Source: a virus (Duplodnaviria > Caudoviricetes). Taken from it: a stretch of 63,305 nt of DNA. Numbering within the stretch: position 1 is the stretch's first letter; every line of letters starts with the position of its first letter. The notes below the pieces were generated by a model. That model searched no databases and was not told where the DNA came from. It saw only the letters and a list, made by a program, of their open reading frames with translations. The position numbers were made by a program, and so were the translations under genes. Positions 58,097 to 63,305 of the stretch are shown here, one piece after another. Location: positions 1 through 63,305 of IMG/VR virus record IMGVR_UViG_3300048592_001022. One strand, written 5' to 3'.

Positions 58097-58324
58097 ATGG
58101 GGGTTATTATGGCTTATAAAGAAATCACTGCTGATGAGTTTGAAGGCGATGACAGGTATGGTGGCGATGGTTCGCTCTATCTTGATAAAGATGCCGTGAA
58201 CCATCTCACGCACGAATTCAGTCTCGTTTTGGAGGATCACTATAAAAGCTATGTCGGCCCGAGACGTGAAAAAAAGATAATCGCGGAAGTACGTGCATTG
58301 CTGCGAAAGCATTTTAGACACTGA
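58097..58324 (+). CDS. Small hypothetical protein
   Basis: 75 aa, divergent from kfrA. Confidence 0.5.
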   Translation: MGVIMAYKEITADEFEGDDRYGGDGSLYLDKDAVNHLTHEFSLVLEDHYKSYVGPRREKKIIAEVRALLRKHFRH

Positions 58325-58402
58325 GATAGCTTGGGCTGGCAGATCGTTGGCAGGGGAAGCGCGAGCACCTTCCTACCAGGAGCATGCGATGAGAGAAACA
58401 AC

Positions 58403-58930
58403 ATGAAGCACTTTGATATTGTTCTACCTAAAAGAGTACCCGACACACCGAGCGAACGATTGCAGGATCACTACAAAGAAGGTCTAATACTCGTCAACGG
58501 GAACTCGCGCAAGCCCCGCAAGACCCAGGTTCTCACCTTCGCCCGCTACTTTAAACGCGAGTTTGACTATGATTTTGTGCAGTTCAGCGAAACTGAAAAA
58601 GGCTTGGACTTCGAGGCTTGGCTCTTCTTCCAGCACCATATCCATGTGATGGAGTGGGAAAAGCCGGTTGGCGCTTGCTGTTTTCGCAAACGGCAACATG
58701 AAGACGGGCTCAAGGAACATTGGGCGCTATCATGGATCTGGATACACCCCTACTATCGCGGCAAAGGCATACTAAAGGAGTATTTCCCTTTCTTCCGCAA
58801 GAGATACGGGGAGTTTCATCCAGAACCCCCGCTGTCGCGCACGATGATCTCTTTCATAGAGAAGCATTATCCCGATGCCAAGGGGCAGTATTCTCCCGAT
58901 TATCGGAGAAGCGTTCAAAAGCCTTCTTGA
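58403..58930 (+). CDS. GNAT-like acetyltransferase
   Basis: VGACCF...WIWIHPYYRGKGI. Confidence 0.7.
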   Translation: MKHFDIVLPKRVPDTPSERLQDHYKEGLILVNGNSRKPRKTQVLTFARYFKREFDYDFVQFSETEKGLDFEAWLFFQHHIHVMEWEKPVGACCFRKRQHEDGLKEHWALSWIWIHPYYRGKGILKEYFPFFRKRYGEFHPEPPLSRTMISFIEKHYPDAKGQYSPDYRRSVQKPS

Positions 58931-58970
58931 ATCGTGATCGCCCTCAAACCAGCATATCCATCCCCGATAT

Positions 58971-61163
58971 TCAAGCGATTGGTGTTACGGCCTGTCGGAT
59001 GGCTTTCATTTGATCCTGAACACTGAACCGCTTGCTGCGTTCGATGAGCTGTTGAAAGAGATCTGCAGCCGCAGCAGCCTGGGCTCCTTTTTTCGTATGA
59101 GATGAGCAGCGGCGACCCGAGATCCACCCGTGACCGCTCAAGACCTTTGCTGTGCAAAAGAAAACACGCTGATTATCCGGCCCTCTTTGGTCCTCCACAT
59201 ACTCAAAGCCTGAAAAAATTCCTTTCTGCACCATTTCATGAATCTTTTGGCGCGCATCCTGTTCCACTACGGACGTCCCGCGAACTTGAGCGGCAGGGAT
59301 TGGAGATATTTCCGCTTCGATACTGGGTGGTGAAGTTCGAGGATTCAGGACAAAGGCCCGGTGGGCTGTGGATTTAGACCGGGAGACAGCGAAGTTGAAA
59401 AGCTCTGCTGCCAGCGACTGCTCGGCATGTTTTTTCTTGGTTCTTGAGTGGTGGACCGCCGACCTTAGATAGGCATCAGCAAGTAAAACCTCCCCGCTTG
59501 CCTGAAAGCCAATGGATGCCTCCGCAACATTCATGTCCATACGTTTGACCAGCTTGATTTGCTCCAGCTCCAAGAGTCTGCCCTTTGGATTTTTCTCCTT
59601 GAGCCGCTCACCCTCTATCTCATCAATGTCCTGGCGGACCCGCTCCGTCTCCAAGGAAAGATCGAGAGGCCACCCCGTAGCGTTTTTGATGTGAAAGTCG
59701 AGAAACTCTGGTGGAGCCTTCCTTTTCCCGTGAAGCCTGGCACGGATCTGATGCTCATCGGCAATCAGACTCACAAGGTCATCTTTGAGACCGAACTTTT
59801 CGATGACATCCATCGCAGCGTGAAATGCCTCTGCTTTTGGCAGTCCTTCCGTCGCCGGCTTGTAGCGAACCAGTGGCTGCCCACCGATGCCGCCAAGCAC
59901 CTCGGCATCTGGAAGACTCATGAGAATCGACTGGGTTTCCGCCAGCGACAAAGCCTTTTTGATTCGGAGAAACGCTGCAGGATTTCGGACCCGTATGGCC
60001 GCAACTGCCATGGCCTCTCTGAGCGGATCCTTGCCGGTGGGCTTCCAGCCTGCTGGGAATCCTGCCGCCTCATACGCCGTATACTGAAGTCGATGGGCGC
60101 TTCTATCAATAATGTCGATGACTGAGCACAGCTTCTTTCCAGGATGACTCCGAAGGCCGCGGCCCAGGCACTGGTTATAAACGAGAGGAGACGTCGTTGG
60201 CCTGGCAAGGAGAACACACTCAATCGACGGATCATCGAAACCTTCCGTCAGGACGCCGAAATTTGTGATGACCTGGATCCCGCCACGACGGAACGATGCG
60301 AGAAGGTGATCCCGGTTTTTTGTAGTTCCGGTGATCAGCGCCGCCCGGACACCCTCTGCCTCAAAGTCCCGTCTCATCTGATCGGCGTGGGCAACGCTTG
60401 CACAGAACATGATGGTTTTAAGCCTGCTGGCCTTTTCCTTCCAGGCACGCATGGCAAGTCCTCTGGCCTCCGGAGTGTTCATGACCGCTGAAAGGCCACT
60501 TGCCTGAAAATCGCCGTTCCCTGCAATCCCAACAAGGTCAAGTCCAAGGGACGTTTCTATGGTGTGGTATTCCATCGGGACAAGATAGCCAAGATCCTGA
60601 AGGTGGCCGAGCGTGATCTCGAAGGCGACCTCTTCAAAGAATCGGTCAGCACTTCTGCCATCGGTTCTCTGCGGCGTTGCCGTAAGGCCGACCAGCAGTG
60701 TATCGGATCCTTTTTGAAAGTGAGCGACAGTCTCCAGCCAGCTTTTGGCAAAAATGTGGTGGCATTCGTCCACAATCACAGCTGAAAATTCAGAAGGCTT
60801 AAAGTCGTCAAGCCTCTGATGAATCGACTGTACGGAGGCCACTACCACCTGGCTTTTTCCGGCACTACGATCCGCCTGCTCAACCCCCACATGCTCAGCG
60901 CCGATCTGGGTGGCGATTTTCTCTGCAGTTTGATCGATGATTTCCTTGCGGTGGGCGAGAAAAAGGACACGCCCTGCGCCCGGAAGTCTCAGAAGCCGGT
61001 CTATCAGAAGAGCGGCAATCACGGTCTTTCCGGCTCCGGTAGGAAGATGAAGCAACAGCTTTCGTTTGCCGACCTGCCTGCGACTCAAGACTTCATCGAC
61101 TGCCTGCTGCTGGTATGGCCTGGGTACGAACACATGCACCTCCTGGAACCCCAATTTTGCCAT
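58971..61163 (-). CDS. SF2 DEAD/DEAH helicase (ResIII/Irc3-like) fused to C-terminal dsRNA-binding motif
   Basis: LPTGAGKT, DECHH, LTATP, LTEGFD, Q..GRGLR; C-terminal QKIHEMVQK..YVE..GPDNQRVF.C..V...KKGAQAAAA. Confidence 0.88.
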   Translation of the reverse strand: MAKLGFQEVHVFVPRPYQQQAVDEVLSRRQVGKRKLLLHLPTGAGKTVIAALLIDRLLRLPGAGRVLFLAHRKEIIDQTAEKIATQIGAEHVGVEQADRSAGKSQVVVASVQSIHQRLDDFKPSEFSAVIVDECHHIFAKSWLETVAHFQKGSDTLLVGLTATPQRTDGRSADRFFEEVAFEITLGHLQDLGYLVPMEYHTIETSLGLDLVGIAGNGDFQASGLSAVMNTPEARGLAMRAWKEKASRLKTIMFCASVAHADQMRRDFEAEGVRAALITGTTKNRDHLLASFRRGGIQVITNFGVLTEGFDDPSIECVLLARPTTSPLVYNQCLGRGLRSHPGKKLCSVIDIIDRSAHRLQYTAYEAAGFPAGWKPTGKDPLREAMAVAAIRVRNPAAFLRIKKALSLAETQSILMSLPDAEVLGGIGGQPLVRYKPATEGLPKAEAFHAAMDVIEKFGLKDDLVSLIADEHQIRARLHGKRKAPPEFLDFHIKNATGWPLDLSLETERVRQDIDEIEGERLKEKNPKGRLLELEQIKLVKRMDMNVAEASIGFQASGEVLLADAYLRSAVHHSRTKKKHAEQSLAAELFNFAVSRSKSTAHRAFVLNPRTSPPSIEAEISPIPAAQVRGTSVVEQDARQKIHEMVQKGIFSGFEYVEDQRGPDNQRVFFCTAKVLSGHGWISGRRCSSHTKKGAQAAAAADLFQQLIERSKRFSVQDQMKAIRQAVTPIA

Positions 61164-61216
61164 ACTTGCATGCGGGTATCAAAGCAGCCAAATTGTGAAA
61201 GTCGGCCAATCTTTCC

Positions 61217-61561
61217 CTAATGCCGGGGCTTCCGTTTCGATACGGCAAAGGAGCTTTCTCCTACCTCTGGCTCGACTTTAACCCACACAACATTCTCCGC
61301 ATCACGAATGGCCCGGACCTGCTCATGAAAATCAGCGATCATTTGCTGCTTCTCTGCCTCATGTGACTTTTTCAGCTTATCAATGACCGATAGCCATTGA
61401 TCGTTCACCTGCTCAAGATCATTGGCCGCCTTCACTATGAATTTTCTAAATGCGCGCTCACGCAAATGCAGAACCACGATAGTGACGGCGAATAACTGAA
61501 AATAGCTATTCAAGATCATTTGGCGCAGATGCTCACCTAAACCATGCAGAAAAGATTCCAC
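61217..61561 (-). CDS. Hypothetical membrane-anchored protein
   Basis: TM plus coiled coil; GAGG upstream. Confidence 0.55.
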   Translation of the reverse strand: MESFLHGLGEHLRQMILNSYFQLFAVTIVVLHLRERAFRKFIVKAANDLEQVNDQWLSVIDKLKKSHEAEKQQMIADFHEQVRAIRDAENVVWVKVEPEVGESSFAVSKRKPRH

Positions 61562-61663
61562 TTTGCCATATCCTCTATTGGTATCGACACCGCCTTATTA
61601 TACACCGGCAACCCGAACTATTTAGTTCGTGTTTTATATTTTCTGTATCGGGATAATCAGGGG

Positions 61664-61900
61664 ATGGACGTAGAAAATGCATACAACTCATTTCTGACCA
61701 GCCTTGCACAGAACGTGAAAGCGAGACGTGAAGCCCTGGGCATGACCCAGAAAGAACTCTCTCTCAAGTTTGGCTTCAACGAGCGTTACCTTCAGAAAAT
61801 AGAAAGCGGAACATACAGCCCCAACCTTTTCACTATATTCAAGCTCGCCAGGGCTCTGAAAACCACCCCATCTGCTCTTCTTGATAGCGAGACTAAGTAA
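61664..61900 (+). CDS. XRE-family regulator (controller-like)
   Basis: NVKARREALGMTQKEL...IESG..SPNL..IFKLARAL; palindrome CGAACTA-TT-TAGTTCG at 61614-61629 upstream. Confidence 0.85.
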   Translation: MDVENAYNSFLTSLAQNVKARREALGMTQKELSLKFGFNERYLQKIESGTYSPNLFTIFKLARALKTTPSALLDSETK

Positions 61901-61957
61901 AATCACTAGGCTTGCGAAACTTCATGAAGCGCGGTACCTGGTCGCAAGACATCTTGT

Positions 61958-62731
61958 ATGGAGTTTAAGATGATGTGGTTACTGTCCTGGGGTCTTTACG
62001 TGCTAGCTTGGCTGCTTTTTATTGTTGGGATAGTCTCGCTTTTCAAACCAAGCTTCTTATTGGATGACAAAGATAAGGCTGAAAGCAAAGCCCCTCCCAA
62101 ACGGTCACAAATAGTAGTTGGTTTTGGGATCATCTCGACGGTGCTCTGGGGATTATCACACTGGGCCGAACCGACAAAAACAAGCGCAGTGGCAAAAAAG
62201 AAAGAAGCCGGTGCAGAGATTTCTGCAAACAAAGCGGAGACTGGAAGCCATTTACTTCAAGAATCAATCGATTCATTGAGTTCAATGAGAGGATTCGTTT
62301 CTGCCAAAGAAGAGAATGAAGGCGGCAAGAAAACCCTGAAAATCAACCTTAAACCATCAGCAGGAAATGATGTATCCAATTTCTTTTTCATGGCCAGTAG
62401 ACAAGCAACCGACATGGTCAACGAACTACTGAAAGAACACCGAGACATACCTGTCGATAGAATTTCATTTTTCCTGATCGGAACACTTCAAGACAAGTAT
62501 AGAAACGAAACAGACGAACCAATAGTTAAGCTTTCGTTCCTGAAGTCGGAGCTACTCAAGATAAACACAAAAGACAGAGAAATTGCTTGGTTTAGTCTTC
62601 TGGAATTGGCTGAACCCATCAAATATCTAAGTCCGGTTGGTAGACAGGTAGTGGGCGCATACTGCGAGTCGGGAGAAAGCTACCTGAAATGGTCTGAAAC
62701 GTTCTGCTCACAATCTACGAATGCAGGATAA
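61958..62731 (+). CDS. Hypothetical membrane protein with periplasmic domain
   Basis: Two TM helices, then a soluble domain with two Cys. Confidence 0.7.
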   Translation: MEFKMMWLLSWGLYVLAWLLFIVGIVSLFKPSFLLDDKDKAESKAPPKRSQIVVGFGIISTVLWGLSHWAEPTKTSAVAKKKEAGAEISANKAETGSHLLQESIDSLSSMRGFVSAKEENEGGKKTLKINLKPSAGNDVSNFFFMASRQATDMVNELLKEHRDIPVDRISFFLIGTLQDKYRNETDEPIVKLSFLKSELLKINTKDREIAWFSLLELAEPIKYLSPVGRQVVGAYCESGESYLKWSETFCSQSTNAG

Positions 62732-62788
62732 ACAACACTGATCGAATCCAGACGCCTGCGGAGTAGTTCGGCCAAGCGTGCAATCTGA

Positions 62789-63305
62789 TCAAAGCTTGAT
62801 GCCTGGCCAGAGCTGCTTCGCCATGCGGTGCAGCCCCACATCGTCTCCTGCCTCACGCAGCTGCAGAAGTTTTTCGAGGAGCAGCGCCTTTCGGTCGCTT
62901 GTAAAGCGGGGATCCGCGACCAGCCGGTCTGAGATCCGCTTCGACAACGGGATCTCGCGTTGGGGTTCTGCAGTAACCGACAGCTTTCTGGCCAAACCTT
63001 CGATTGCTCCTTTAGGCTTCTCTGGCTTGTCCAGTGAGAGGAGCGATGCCAGACTTTTCGTCAATACCTTGCCCGTTGCCTTTTGCAACCACCTTTCTTT
63101 CTCAGACTCTATACTGGAAGCGGTGTCTGCGGCCTGCGGCTGCTGTAGATCAGGTTTCGCGAAATCCTGTGTTAATTCTTCGGGGCGGGCAAGGGCGGGG
63201 CACTGAAGTTCTCCTTTAGGGGATTTGGTACAGTTACTTTTTGTCGCAGAAGACCTGGGTTTTTTTGCCAGATCCCGCAGCCAGGCTTCGGCGATTTCGG
63301 GACGG
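62789..63305 (-). CDS. C-terminal part of a gene entering from the right edge, probably the AEP replicase
   Basis: Frame open from the edge (RPEIAEAWLRDL...) to the stop at 62789; same strand as the 1-1234 ORF. Confidence 0.55.
   Translation of the reverse strand, partial: RPEIAEAWLRDLAKKPRSSATKSNCTKSPKGELQCPALARPEELTQDFAKPDLQQPQAADTASSIESEKERWLQKATGKVLTKSLASLLSLDKPEKPKGAIEGLARKLSVTAEPQREIPLSKRISDRLVADPRFTSDRKALLLEKLLQLREAGDDVGLHRMAKQLWPGIKL

Larger units (their letters stand above)
1..63305. mobile_element. Temperate myovirus-like phage-plasmid, near complete
   Basis: Virion modules plus ParAB, KfrA, plasmid replicase and TA pairs; no integrase recognised; no host housekeeping genes. Confidence 0.8.

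Noticed and set aside
57899-58321. 140-aa minus-strand ORF
   Set aside because: Runs through the kfrA operator repeats and overlaps a more plausible plus-strand gene
1-63305. Integrase, protelomerase, tRNA, rRNA or reverse transcriptase genes
   Set aside because: No recognisable motifs found by eye; absence needs confirming with HMM and tRNAscan searches

Overview
The window looks like a nearly complete ~63 kb temperate myovirus-type phage-plasmid. It has an AEP primase-type plasmid replicase that runs off the left edge and probably continues at the right edge, ParA/ParB and KfrA, and no recognisable integrase. It also carries a lambda-like head module, a P2-like contractile tail, two DNA methyltransferases, a lysis module, RusA/SSB/RecT/RecE, a UvrD helicase, a second replication initiator with internal iterons, and two toxin-antitoxin pairs. 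A Bdellovibrionota/Oligoflexia-like host is inferred only from the XRE-DUF4423-like regulators. Two unexplained systems stand out. (1) A possible Gly-Pro peptide signalling or decoy circuit: two XRE/DUF4423-like regulators flank a secreted protein whose predicted mature N-terminus is GGIGGGSPP, a separate cluster encodes cytoplasmic micro-proteins built from repeats of that motif, and an HTH-only paralogue lies nearby. (2) A five-promoter regulon with the operator AAGTTAACGCGTTAACTT, which appears to drive an ArdA operon and two inverted cassettes of convergent structured non-coding RNAs. Other oddities are a split tail sheath, signal-peptide collagens where a fibre gene might be expected, an SF2 helicase-dsRBD fusion, an overlapping-frame two-chain C5 methyltransferase, and twin 26-bp palindromes. 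All family assignments come from motif recognition by eye; no searches were run.
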